From the NCBI GenBank assembly GCA_965644315.1, contig CBFFRQ010000078.1:248001-312000 (forward strand): a stretch of 64,000 nt of DNA. The letters run 5' to 3'. Positions 32,505 through 43,015 of the stretch are shown here, piece by piece. A model generated the notes under the pieces. It had not been told where the DNA came from, did no database searches, and worked only from the letters and a program-made list of their open reading frames with translations. Numbering within the stretch: the first letter of the stretch is position 1; each line of letters begins with the position of its first letter. This DNA is from Caecitellus pseudoparvulus. Taxonomy: Eukaryota; Protista; Bigyra: Bicosoecida. A program made the translations under genes and the position numbers.

Positions 32505-33403
32505 ATGGATCAAGGCCTTGTGACATCCACTCTGGAGGCACTGCGGCCATGGCGACTGCGTATCATCTGGTGAGTGCGCTTGGGGTGAACTTGCGCAGTG
32601 CGGATTTTGCCGTGCACCTGTTGCTCACACGCAACGTTTGGCCCGGCCCAAGCGCTCCACGAGCACGAACACCCACCCACGTGATCCACTGACAGGTACA
32701 CTATCCTCACGATCATTGTGCGTGTTGCAGAACCCATTTACTAGGCTCCGCCCGCCGCAACGCACACACCCCCAGTGTTTTGATGCAGGCGATTGAGGCA
32801 TGCTTCGTCATCACGTCCATCGTGGCTGCCGCTGAGGCCAACAACAAAGCATATGCGTTCGTGACCATCTGGACCATGCTGCTGCAGGCAGCCTATGCTA
32901 CCGGGCTGTACTTCGGGTACAAGCAGGCCGAGCTGCGCTCTGCTTTTGCCGTTGGATTCATGGCAGGAGTGTCCATCATGATGGCCATGGCCAACCTGAC
33001 GCTTGCTGTGCTGTCTGGGTCCTCTTCAGCGGAGTTTGGCGGCATCGTGCACTCTCAGCGCTCCTCGGAAGTGGCTGTGCTCACGTTTTCCATCCTTGCC
33101 ATTATTGCCGAATTGTTCCTGACGGCGCTTCTGTTGAGCAACCTGGGGGTGCTGGTGGCTGGCACGAACCTTGACGATGCGGCCCTGAACCCAGACGCTC
33201 CTCCCCTGTCATCCTTCGTGACCCAGTCTGATGGCCCCAGTGAGCCCTCCAAGGACACTGCTGGGGTTGATGCGTCTTCACTCGACACTGGGGACCAGGA
33301 CGCACAACACACAGACAGCGGCTCGCAGGGATCTGCCCAAGATGAAGGCAAGGCTGCAGATGCAGAGGATGTGGCTGTGCTTGCTGGCGATTCACAAGTG
33401 TGA
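32505..33403 (+). CDS. Multi-pass (about 4 TM) membrane protein with acidic tail; exons 32505-32569, 32696-32717, 32789-33403
   Basis: Two GT-AG introns join MDQGL..RIIW|YTILTII|AIEACFV in frame. Several hydrophobic helices are followed by a D/E/S-rich C-terminus. Confidence 0.7.
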
Positions 33404-34057
33404 CTTCTCGCCTGCATTGCCCCCGCGGCACGTCAATGCAGTGCTCGCGTAGCCACATGCGCGTTCACCTGCCACAAACTCCTGTCCTTCAGCCAACGTA
33501 GCGCAGTCATGCAGGCAGCAGTCTTTCGATATGGCAGAGCATGCTGCGACTGAGCCACGAAACCCTGGCACACCTGGTTCGATGCCCCCCCCCTTCACTC
33601 CCCCACTTCACAAGCCTGTGTCACACTCTACACTCCACACCCGTTTACACATCAATTCTCCCGCTCGACCCCAACCAAATTTGATCTCACCCCTGTCTTC
33701 CCTTTTCTCGTCTTCCCCCCACCCCACACTTCTCGTAGGCAGCACGCATTCGTGTGGCTGCTGAGCGTGGCGCGTTGCCGCAACCACTTGCTCAAAGCAC
33801 ACCCTGTCAGTTGTCCCACAACCTGACTCGCTTCGACGACAACCCGTACGTCCCATGACCTGGCAATGTTTCTGTACAAGCGCCCCCTTCCGCGAGTTTT
33901 CTGTGTGCATGCTTGGCTCTGTCAAAGGCGTGCTCCACGGCCAAGCGCAACCACTCGCGCAATTTTGTGCCGCTGTGACACGCATCTTCTGAAACCTGCA
34001 CACCCACTAACTCCCTTCCTGTGCCGGTAACCACAGTCAACCCCACTCTCAGGAAAA

Positions 34058-37000
34058 ATGTCATGGAGATGGCCTGGCGACCAGTCCGAGGAGCCGGCAG
34101 CCGACCCTGCCCCACGTCCAGTTGGCCGACGTCGATCACGTTCTGCAGCAGAAGCTGAGCGGAAGGTCAAAGAAATGGTCAATGCTGCCTTGCGCTCCGT
34201 TGCTGAGAACTCTGCGAGCGCCATGCCCACCCTCTATGACGTGCAAGTCTACCTGGAACAAGACTCCGACTTTATGCAGACTTCCGACATCAGCACCTTC
34301 GAAGAGTACGAGACCAGGTGGGGGCGCCTTTACAATCACCCGCTTGCAAGGGAACTCTTTGATATCCCAGATGGATTTCATGCGGAATCCCTGCCCAAGG
34401 TACGTGGCACCGAGGTCCAGGCTCGACTCTTTGCTGCAGGGCTGGAGACTCTCGAGAACCCTCCATCCGCGGCAAGTGGTCCAGGCCAGAGTGCGCACGA
34501 GCTTGCCACCGCGATCGGAAGAGCGCTGGCTTGGGTCGTGGAGGAGCATGGCCTGGAGGACCACCGACAAGCTTGCTTTGCCAAGCTTCGAGGAGGGGCA
34601 GCAGAAGAGAGGCGAAAGCTTCACATTGTCAAGCTCATTGACAGGGCAAGAAAAGCTCATGGAGTTGAACGAGGCGTGCCCCAACTGGTGGACATGCTGA
34701 AGCCTGTAGCTGCGGCTCAGCATGGCGAGCCCCTGGCACAGGCGGTGCTCGCCAACCAGCAGATTCTGAGTGAGATCCTCGAGAAACTCTTCCACGCCTT
34801 TGCTGATTCTGTCAACATCCAACAGCCAGGGGCCGCCAGGCCACTGGACCTTCCAGAAGAACCGTTGCACCATGATTTCAGCCAGGTAGTGGGCATGCTG
34901 GAAGAAGTGTTTGACCTGGGCAACCCGACCTTGCAAGTGAAGCGCGAGCAGGCCGACTTTGCCTTGATTGCCATCCGACTCGAGGGCTTGCTGAAAGACA
35001 CTCTTCAAGGTGCAGTGGACCGCCAAGGCAACACAGACGGACTGGCCTCGATCTTGTCTTGCTTGTTGGTTGCTACCTTGGCTGGCAGGTCATTCAAGTG
35101 GGACGTCGCTTCCAAAGTACAGAAGCACGAGGCCAAGGTGAAGACGCTCAAGGCCCAGCTGGACTTGCTCAGCAGCGCCGAAGTGGAAGAGCTGTGCCAA
35201 GAAGTTCAGGCCAAGGCAGGCGACCAACCAACGATGAGCGACCTCTTGTTGCTGTTCCAGGACACCATCGTGCAGAAGTACCTAGATGGGTCTGAGCCCA
35301 CCCCGCCAAGCCTTCTCGGTGACCTGCTGAAGTGTGATGCATCAGATGACCGCCACAAGCTGCAAGCCATCCTTGAAAAGCTCCTCCAACCACTGTTTGT
35401 GGGAGTCGGGGGAGGCAGTGCTCACGAAGTTTACTCCGCAGAAATGAAAGCGTCGTTTAGGGGAGCCTTCCTGGCACTGCTGGAAGACCAGGCCCCGCTG
35501 CATGACGCGTTCCCAGACGCCACTTTGGAACAGCGCCTGGAGGACATGTGGCATGCTGTTCAAACCTCTGGCGACGAAGCTGCGCAGTCTAAAGGCTGTG
35601 CGTGGAACGCCGACCTTGTGGGCATGGTGCTTGGCCCACTCCAGGAGAGGATTGCTCAGATTGTCGAAGAACACCTTAGCGTTTGCGAGGCCCAAGAGCA
35701 AGCGGGCCCTATCTCCAGCCCTCCTCTCCGGCGCGAACTGTCAGCAGCATCCACGCGCTCGGCTGGAGAGTCGCTAAAGCAGCGCGAGGGCGCGACCTTG
35801 TGGGTGTGGGTGGCAATCGGTATCCTCGCTGACACACACGCGCGGCATGGCGTGGTGCAGCTGAACAAAGAGGCAATTGGAGTGTTTGGTGCACTTGCCG
35901 CGCTTGAACCGTGTGCTGCAGCTGCTCTCCCTCGCGGGCTACTTGGCTCGCAGCCGACCGCACATGTTCTCAGGCAATTTCTCGACATGGACGACATTTC
36001 AGAGGCGAGCGATGGAGTGCTCAGCGTTCGAGTCAAAGACCGACCCGCTCTTGCTCGCCGGGTGCAAGAACGATCCCTCGCGGCGCAATACTTGGGCAGT
36101 CTGTTGGAGAGGAGTGGCCTTGACGCACTTCAGAAATATGCGTCTGCAAGTCCACCCTTCCCCACCGCCCAGGTTGCTGCCACCGATCCTGCAGCAGAGC
36201 TCCCTGAGGCATTTCCCCGCGAAAGCGATTTGAGGAGTCCGATGCCGCTGCACTTATCAGCAGAGGGTGGCCCCTGGTCTATTCATCGCGTGCATGAGCG
36301 TGTGATTTCAAAGCTCAGTGGCATTCATGTCCCATGCTTGGGAAGCCTGGGGCTGGTCGCAGGGGAATGGACAGCTTTACCCGAGAGCTGGGACCCCGTT
36401 GAGCTCAAGGAGAGCATCAAGTCTGGTGACGCAGACTCTGCCCTGGGCCAGTCACTGCTGGGCATTCTGAACCAAGCAGACGTGGCAGAGCCGTGGCGGG
36501 ACTCAGGTCTTGATCCAGCCCACCTGCTCCGGCTGGCAGCAAAGTTACTGGTTGCTGTGCAAGGGCCCCTTCGTGGCATCCTAGCGGAAGCAATCTTTTC
36601 TGGCTTAGTGCAGTGTGAGTTGCGCGAGACAATTCGGCACGCAATCGTGTCAGTGGCTCGGTCAGGGTTCGAGGCTGCCTGTCTCGCGGAGGGTGTTGCT
36701 GCAGCAATGGTTGCAGTTGGAATGGCCACTGACCAAGACAAGAGTTACTTCGTGCAGGATGTCTTGGACGAGTGGAGATCACGGCCAGACAGAGGTGGCA
36801 CTGGTGCCCCACAGAGCCCGCTTGTCCAGGCTGAGTCGACGCCAGTCATCGCACCCCCTGCACCGCCTCTCGTGCCAAGCAAGGACTGGAATCCTGCCCA
36901 GTCAGGCACAGCAGCCCCCAGCGCTGCTGAGGAACCCATCCATGCAGGAGATACTGAGACGCTCGCTGAGCTTGAGGCGAGAGATGAGCTGGACAACAGG

Positions 37001-40000
37001 GCTCTGTGTGAGCAGGTTTGTGAGGCTCGTGGGGTGGGGGCGCAGGTCCCTGCCAGGCCGACCCAGAGCATGCGAAGCATCCACAACATGAGCAAGAGCC
37101 TGAGCGTTGAGCTGTATGGTGCGGCCAACCACTTCCTCTTTGAGCTCATCCAGAACGCAGATGACAACACGTACTCCCGGGAGCCCGGCTTGCAGCTGCG
37201 ACTTGAAGGGTCCACGCTGACCCTCTTCAACAATGAAAAGGGTTTCAGCGCTAAGAACGTTGTCAGCATTTCATCTTTTTGCGAGTCGACCAAGAAAGCA
37301 TTGAAGCACCAAGGCATGATTGGCAACAAAGGCATCGGGTTCAAAAGCGTGTATGCCGTGACACACCAACCTCACATCCTGTCACGCAAGTACAACTTCC
37401 GCTTCGACGACAGGGACATCTGTGGCTACCAGCGACTGCTGCCGCTGGAGTTACCCTCTGAGAAGGACTGGAACCCGGCGTCAGAAGGAACGCGCTTGAC
37501 ACTCCCCCTGGACGTCAAGCACCCGGACACGGGTATTCTCTCTGCGTTGACAGTGCAACAGCACCTCAGCCGCCTGCAGCCCGAGACAATACTCTTCCTC
37601 AACAAGCTCAGGCGCTTGCAAGTCGTCATGCATGGGGAGAGACTGGTGCGGGACTCACACTTGGACATTCGCGACGTATCCTCTCAGTATGACTGGAACG
37701 GTGCTCGCAAGCTCGTTGGACTTGCTGTTGAATCAGGCACCTCCGGCGCTGCGAGTGGTCAGGCTGCCCAGCAAGGCTTCTCACGAGCATTTGACGTGCG
37801 GGAGGCCACTTTGCGCACCCAAGAGTTCCGCTCTCCCGCCACTGTGGAGGGGAGTTGCCCCACTCGGGATGAGTCCTCTAACGTAGTGTTTAGCCAGCTG
37901 GAGATGGCCGGCGGAGCCGCTTTCTCCACGCCCACTCGCACTGAGGAAAAGCGATTCATCATCTTCAGGCACAGGTTGGAGTTGCCGAATGAAAGAGACA
38001 GTGAAGGGAACCCGCTGTGGGCAAGCATTGAGATTGCGTTTTGCCCTGAGGACAGCGAGCGTGCGGTGCAGAACGAACAGGCCTCGAAAGAGAAGGTCTT
38101 CGCATACCTTCCCCTGTGCACATATGGCATGCCGGTGCGAGTGCACGCTGACTGGGCAGTCCCCTCTGCACGCGAAAGCATCACTGATGGAGCAGGCAGC
38201 ATGCGAAACCAGGAAATCCTGAACGCTTTGCCACGCGTCCTTGTCGCAGCGCTGCACGCCCTTTGCCAAAGTGATGGGCAGGACAAGCTTCGCTCTGGCG
38301 ATGTTGCTGGTGCAGTGAAAGTATCTAACATGGCACTGACAAGCGTCCCATTGCCAAACGTGTGTGACAATACTCCTTTTGACTGCGTGCCAGGCGCCGT
38401 TGTGGACACTCTTCACGGTCCCGCAAACGGGAGCAAGAGCGGGGTCCCCCTGATTGTTGCAACCAGGAAAGTCACTGAGGGGGCCATTGAATGGGGTTTC
38501 TTTGAAGCATCAAAGACGTTGGTGCTGTCAGGCCTTGCACGAGAGTCGCTGGCTGTGGTGCCCGGTCCTGCAGCAGCACACGCTGGCGCTGGGGCTGCCG
38601 AGGACGTCCTCGGAGAGGAGCAGCTGGACCCGACCGACGATCTGGTCGCTGCAATCCTGGCATCTGCTGAGGCAGAAGGGCTGGGCATAGCACATTTGGG
38701 CATCTCGAGCTGGGCTGCAGAGGCGGCGGGCGTGGGGACGCTGCCGGGTGACGGCATTGCACAGCTGCTGGCTGGCGCGTCCAAGCTTTTGACACGGCCA
38801 GGGGCAAGCGAGGAGTCAAAACAGCGTGGGCTGAAGTGTGTGGGTTGGTGCATGTCCATGCTGATTGGTACCAAGCTGACCGAGGCCACCGCACGGGCTC
38901 TGTCCAACTTGCCGCTGTTCCCCCTGACAGCTGGTGGGGGCGTAGCTGCCCTTAAGGACGGCAACATTTACAAAGTCGCCACAAGCATGTCAGACAGGGC
39001 ATGCGAGATCTGCGAAGCAGCAGGCGCACGGTTCCTCGACCCTGACGTCGTCCGCACATGGGATTCAGACTTTGCCGGCTGGTTCAAAGCCTTGCAGCGC
39101 GTACCCAAGGCCTTCATGCCGAACGAGCTGCAGCAGGCCGCCGATCTAGCCGTCCTGGTCAAATTGCTGATTCCAACCCTCGGCAGGGTGGAAAGTGTGG
39201 ATGATGCATCAGTGTTGCTCATGGAAGCTGCGCAGTGCGAGGCTCGCATTCACGCTCGAGAGGCCCGCATCGCTGGTGGCGAGGGAATGGCAGGATCCCG
39301 AGGTTGGCCCGCTAAGCTTGCAGAGCGACTGCACAGGGCTGGAGTGATGGTTCCGACCACGTGTGGATTCCTGCCCCTCGATGAGGATGAAAAGCCGCTG
39401 AAGCTGCCAGATGGCCGGGTGGTTTTCCCGTTCCACCACGACAGCCTCGAGTCACGCATTCCTTGGCTGTCAGTCCTGGATGGAGGCGATGCTGGCCAGC
39501 ACTACTTTCCGCGCCTGTTGATGGCAGACCCTGGATGGAGCACATCCAATGAGCACGACGAGCTGTTGGAATTTGCCAAACACCTCGGTGCTGCGGACTC
39601 CCTGCAGCCGATGCTGGTGAGTGGGACTTGCCTGGTGTCAGAGGTTGACCACCAGGCGCCTGGCTCAGGCTACAAGGTGGACGTGGAGCTGCCGTTCAGT
39701 CCTGACACGCCAAGATGGATCGTGAGGAGACACGAGGATGCTATCGAAGCACTCGTGAATGACCCCAGTTTCCCCCTGAAAGAGCAGCTCCCTGACCCTG
39801 GCTCTGGCACGTTTGTGACCTTTCAAGTGCAAGTGCCCCATTTCCCTGGCTTGACACAGGCGCTACAGAGAAGGTTCGACCCACAGGGCGCAGCGGGTGG
39901 TGACGCAGGAGCAGGCGCTGCAGCCGGGGGTGCTGCTGCACAAGGCCCAGCATCCAGTGGGGGGGCTTCTGGTGTTGAAACTGCTTCGCAGCGGGTGTGC

Positions 40001-42697
40001 GATGGCTACACAGCTCTGCTGCTTGATCTGAAGAGAGCTTGGGAGACAGGCAGCATCTGTGCGAGCTTCAAACGTGAGGGGGCGGAGTGCACAAGCGCCG
40101 GATTGCAGTGGGGCGCAGCCCTTGGGTGGCTCTCCATGTTCTCGTGGGTGCCTGTCCACCATGCCAAGTCTGCTTCGGGTACGGGGCTGTGCAAGCCTGA
40201 GCTCGCAGCACTGCCTGGCGGGGAGTACCCTGACGCGCTCAACGCTCTGCTGAGTACTTGCACCGTGCACAGTCTCCCCCCAGAACTTGCAGAAGTTCTG
40301 GGCATGGGGTCAATGCCAGAGCTCGAGCAGCTGGTTGAATTGTTGTGGGCTCGGTGTGAGGTCAGGGGTCAGCCACGAGCCGATGGGAAGCCCGTTCCGT
40401 TCGATGGCTTCTTCCCAAAGTACAAAGGGAGCTCGGCGGCAGTTTTGGATGCCATTGGTAAGCACTATGGTTCGACAGCCGAAGGTCAAGCAAAGCTGCA
40501 GCGCTTGCCTTTGGTGCCCCATGGGCGTGTCCTGTGGCCGCCATCGAGCATCGTCGCAGCGGAATACGATGACTCGGAGTTGCTAATTACTCGCCCTCAA
40601 AAGCCAGTATTTCCAACACTCCCCAAGTACGTCAGCGACAATCTCAGCGATGCGCTCCCTCTGCGGTATGCTGAGGAGGGCTTGTGCATTCCTGGACTGG
40701 GCATCCGCGGCCACTTGCAGCCTTCCCAGATTGCTGCATGTTTGAGGGCTGCAGCGCAGCTTTCCAACGATGAAACGCACGTCGAGGCAGAGGCCTTGTT
40801 CATCATCTTCATGTTCGTTCCCTGGCGTGTGACTCGAAGCAAGGGTGGCGCCAACATCCCTCGGGAGCCCTTCATGGAGGAGCTGAAGCAGCAAATCGCA
40901 GAGCAAGAGTTCTTTGCGCCCAGTGTGATACCTGGCTGCCCAGTTTCGTTGAGCAATGTCTTGGCGTTCATCGGGAAGTCATCCAAGTCATTGCTCCGAG
41001 ACATCCGCGGTTGGACAGGCATGGAGCAGCTGCTTGGGAGGCTGGTGTCCATGCAATTTCTCCACCGAGACTTTCAACCACCTCCTCATGGCAACGTCAT
41101 TGTCCGCGCTCTTAAGACAATGACACAGACCCTCGGCATCTCTGAGATCCAGGATTGCATCGTGTTGACAGCGCGAAGGGCACAGGCGGAGGCGGTGGAT
41201 GACGTTGCAATCGAAGTCAAAGCTGCTATGCTGGCCGTGTTCAAGCACATGAACCCTAGCACTCGAGGCATTACGTGGCTCAAGGTCTGCTGCTTGGAGC
41301 GTCGCCCAGGCTCCTCAGAGACTGGCGTGTTCTTTGACTCTGAAGGGAATGAGGCCGCGAGTGGTCCCCTCCAACCTATGGCAGGCATTGTCAAGGTGCT
41401 TGCTGAGGTGGTGTCGGGGACTGAGTGGTCACGGGAGGCACACTTGAGGCTGGTGCTCCCGGCGACCCACGGAGGACAAGCGCGAGCACTGGACCATCCC
41501 ACCTGTGAGGAGGTCCTTCGCAGCATTGTGTGTGGGCAGCTCGCAGCGGCGCACGAATCGCCCGAGAAGGTCTCAGCAGCACTGACTAGGTTGTGCATGC
41601 TGCGCCTGGAGAAGCTGCGCGATTCAGATGCATTCGATGGCGATGCTACTTCTCTGCAGGGGCTCGAAGGAGTGGAAGGCGGGTTGAAGCTGGCAGAGGA
41701 CGCGATCAACCTCCTGCAACTCGCACAGGGAACGTTTGAGGAGTGGAGGCGGAGTGACGGTGGCTTCACAATGGACTTGCTCCACCGTGAGGCGAGTGAA
41801 ATTGAGGGTGCAGCTGTCACGCTGGGCCTGCCGGAACTGTTGGAGAGCGCTGTGGCAGCGCCTGCCTCACGCAGCCCCCAGCCATCCGCGCCCGACGAGC
41901 CTGCGCACCCCACTGAGCTGCAAGTTCAACCGGAAGCTGACGTGAGCTGGCCGCAGAGACCTCGGTCCGGACCTTCTGCACCAGGCGCCGCGTTTTCTTC
42001 TTTCGGTACCAGGCCGCAGAGGGGGCCAGCAGGAGTCACAGCGCCCGTCTCACGGTCCCACCCTGCCGGTCGTGTTTCGGTTGGTGAAGCAACTCCTCCT
42101 CGGTCTGCTACGCAAGATGGCACACTCGGCGGAACAAGTGGTCCGTTGCAAGTTTCTGAGGTGGGCCACGTAGCACACGGTCAGGTCGATTCGGTGGATC
42201 CCCCCGTTACCATCCAGATTCCACTCACCCACACGTCATCTGCGGCAGCTGCTCGGAGCAGGGCATGCGAGGAGGCAGTTTGCCAATATTTCCGGGAACA
42301 CGCTGCCGAGGTTGGCCTGGATGGGTACACGGTGACATGGGTGAACGAAGCAGAGGAGGCCGGTCAGCCATACGACGTCAAGGCAGTGTGTCAAGGCCAA
42401 GAGGACATCTTGATCGAAGTGAAGAGCAAGCTGCACCCGGTGGTTCGTGAGGATGGACACGTGTACGTTGGGCCAGTTTCCTTTGCGCAAATGGAAGCCA
42501 TGAACAGGAGCGGGCGAGGGAAGTACTGGCTTGCCAACTGCACCTTGACCTCTGACGGCATGCAGCTGCTCCTCATCAAGCACCCCGTGCAGAGCTGCCT
42601 CCAAGATGGCGTGTTCTTCGTGTTTCAAGGCGAAGCAGAGGCAGGTGCAGCAGCCAGAGTACCGCCAGCCCCGGAGGCAGGCAGTGCGAGGTCGTGA
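34058..42697 (+). CDS. NO VEIN-like protein: sacsin-type GHKL ATPase + C-terminal DUF3883 PD-(D/E)XK-like domain
   Basis: 2879-aa intronless ORF. GHKL motifs HFLFELIQNADDN, NNEKGFS..NV.SI...ESTK, IGNKGIGFKSVY, GTRLTLPL and VFAYLPL..YGMP..VHADW....ARE. C-terminal EEAV..YF..VTWVNEAEEAGQPYDV...IEVKS. NOV-like N-terminal LYNHPLARELFDIP. Confidence 0.85.
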   Translation: MSWRWPGDQSEEPAADPAPRPVGRRRSRSAAEAERKVKEMVNAALRSVAENSASAMPTLYDVQVYLEQDSDFMQTSDISTFEEYETRWGRLYNHPLARELFDIPDGFHAESLPKVRGTEVQARLFAAGLETLENPPSAASGPGQSAHELATAIGRALAWVVEEHGLEDHRQACFAKLRGGAAEERRKLHIVKLIDRARKAHGVERGVPQLVDMLKPVAAAQHGEPLAQAVLANQQILSEILEKLFHAFADSVNIQQPGAARPLDLPEEPLHHDFSQVVGMLEEVFDLGNPTLQVKREQADFALIAIRLEGLLKDTLQGAVDRQGNTDGLASILSCLLVATLAGRSFKWDVASKVQKHEAKVKTLKAQLDLLSSAEVEELCQEVQAKAGDQPTMSDLLLLFQDTIVQKYLDGSEPTPPSLLGDLLKCDASDDRHKLQAILEKLLQPLFVGVGGGSAHEVYSAEMKASFRGAFLALLEDQAPLHDAFPDATLEQRLEDMWHAVQTSGDEAAQSKGCAWNADLVGMVLGPLQERIAQIVEEHLSVCEAQEQAGPISSPPLRRELSAASTRSAGESLKQREGATLWVWVAIGILADTHARHGVVQLNKEAIGVFGALAALEPCAAAALPRGLLGSQPTAHVLRQFLDMDDISEASDGVLSVRVKDRPALARRVQERSLAAQYLGSLLERSGLDALQKYASASPPFPTAQVAATDPAAELPEAFPRESDLRSPMPLHLSAEGGPWSIHRVHERVISKLSGIHVPCLGSLGLVAGEWTALPESWDPVELKESIKSGDADSALGQSLLGILNQADVAEPWRDSGLDPAHLLRLAAKLLVAVQGPLRGILAEAIFSGLVQCELRETIRHAIVSVARSGFEAACLAEGVAAAMVAVGMATDQDKSYFVQDVLDEWRSRPDRGGTGAPQSPLVQAESTPVIAPPAPPLVPSKDWNPAQSGTAAPSAAEEPIHAGDTETLAELEARDELDNRALCEQVCEARGVGAQVPARPTQSMRSIHNMSKSLSVELYGAANHFLFELIQNADDNTYSREPGLQLRLEGSTLTLFNNEKGFSAKNVVSISSFCESTKKALKHQGMIGNKGIGFKSVYAVTHQPHILSRKYNFRFDDRDICGYQRLLPLELPSEKDWNPASEGTRLTLPLDVKHPDTGILSALTVQQHLSRLQPETILFLNKLRRLQVVMHGERLVRDSHLDIRDVSSQYDWNGARKLVGLAVESGTSGAASGQAAQQGFSRAFDVREATLRTQEFRSPATVEGSCPTRDESSNVVFSQLEMAGGAAFSTPTRTEEKRFIIFRHRLELPNERDSEGNPLWASIEIAFCPEDSERAVQNEQASKEKVFAYLPLCTYGMPVRVHADWAVPSARESITDGAGSMRNQEILNALPRVLVAALHALCQSDGQDKLRSGDVAGAVKVSNMALTSVPLPNVCDNTPFDCVPGAVVDTLHGPANGSKSGVPLIVATRKVTEGAIEWGFFEASKTLVLSGLARESLAVVPGPAAAHAGAGAAEDVLGEEQLDPTDDLVAAILASAEAEGLGIAHLGISSWAAEAAGVGTLPGDGIAQLLAGASKLLTRPGASEESKQRGLKCVGWCMSMLIGTKLTEATARALSNLPLFPLTAGGGVAALKDGNIYKVATSMSDRACEICEAAGARFLDPDVVRTWDSDFAGWFKALQRVPKAFMPNELQQAADLAVLVKLLIPTLGRVESVDDASVLLMEAAQCEARIHAREARIAGGEGMAGSRGWPAKLAERLHRAGVMVPTTCGFLPLDEDEKPLKLPDGRVVFPFHHDSLESRIPWLSVLDGGDAGQHYFPRLLMADPGWSTSNEHDELLEFAKHLGAADSLQPMLVSGTCLVSEVDHQAPGSGYKVDVELPFSPDTPRWIVRRHEDAIEALVNDPSFPLKEQLPDPGSGTFVTFQVQVPHFPGLTQALQRRFDPQGAAGGDAGAGAAAGGAAAQGPASSGGASGVETASQRVCDGYTALLLDLKRAWETGSICASFKREGAECTSAGLQWGAALGWLSMFSWVPVHHAKSASGTGLCKPELAALPGGEYPDALNALLSTCTVHSLPPELAEVLGMGSMPELEQLVELLWARCEVRGQPRADGKPVPFDGFFPKYKGSSAAVLDAIGKHYGSTAEGQAKLQRLPLVPHGRVLWPPSSIVAAEYDDSELLITRPQKPVFPTLPKYVSDNLSDALPLRYAEEGLCIPGLGIRGHLQPSQIAACLRAAAQLSNDETHVEAEALFIIFMFVPWRVTRSKGGANIPREPFMEELKQQIAEQEFFAPSVIPGCPVSLSNVLAFIGKSSKSLLRDIRGWTGMEQLLGRLVSMQFLHRDFQPPPHGNVIVRALKTMTQTLGISEIQDCIVLTARRAQAEAVDDVAIEVKAAMLAVFKHMNPSTRGITWLKVCCLERRPGSSETGVFFDSEGNEAASGPLQPMAGIVKVLAEVVSGTEWSREAHLRLVLPATHGGQARALDHPTCEEVLRSIVCGQLAAAHESPEKVSAALTRLCMLRLEKLRDSDAFDGDATSLQGLEGVEGGLKLAEDAINLLQLAQGTFEEWRRSDGGFTMDLLHREASEIEGAAVTLGLPELLESAVAAPASRSPQPSAPDEPAHPTELQVQPEADVSWPQRPRSGPSAPGAAFSSFGTRPQRGPAGVTAPVSRSHPAGRVSVGEATPPRSATQDGTLGGTSGPLQVSEVGHVAHGQVDSVDPPVTIQIPLTHTSSAAAARSRACEEAVCQYFREHAAEVGLDGYTVTWVNEAEEAGQPYDVKAVCQGQEDILIEVKSKLHPVVREDGHVYVGPVSFAQMEAMNRSGRGKYWLANCTLTSDGMQLLLIKHPVQSCLQDGVFFVFQGEAEAGAAARVPPAPEAGSARS

Positions 42698-43015
42698 CTC
42701 TCCACTCGACTTGGGGGCGCTGCTTTCCCAGAAGATCTATTGATCTCGGGCATTGGCTTGAAATGCACACTCTTGTGGCAGGTCTCTTGGGCAGTCGCGA
42801 CGTTGATCTGCAGCAGCAAGCCAGCGTCCCTACTCACCGAGCTCCCAAACTCCCTCCTTGCGCACATCTCAAACGTGCGACGGTCCCTTGGCTCAAACGT
42901 TAGTAGCGACGCTCTTTTGGGCTCCTCATGATCGCGTGTGAGAAGGAAGTGACTGAGCAATAGCCGGCCCGCTGCAAACCTCAGGTGGGCACCATATTCC
43001 GCAACGGTGCTTGCG

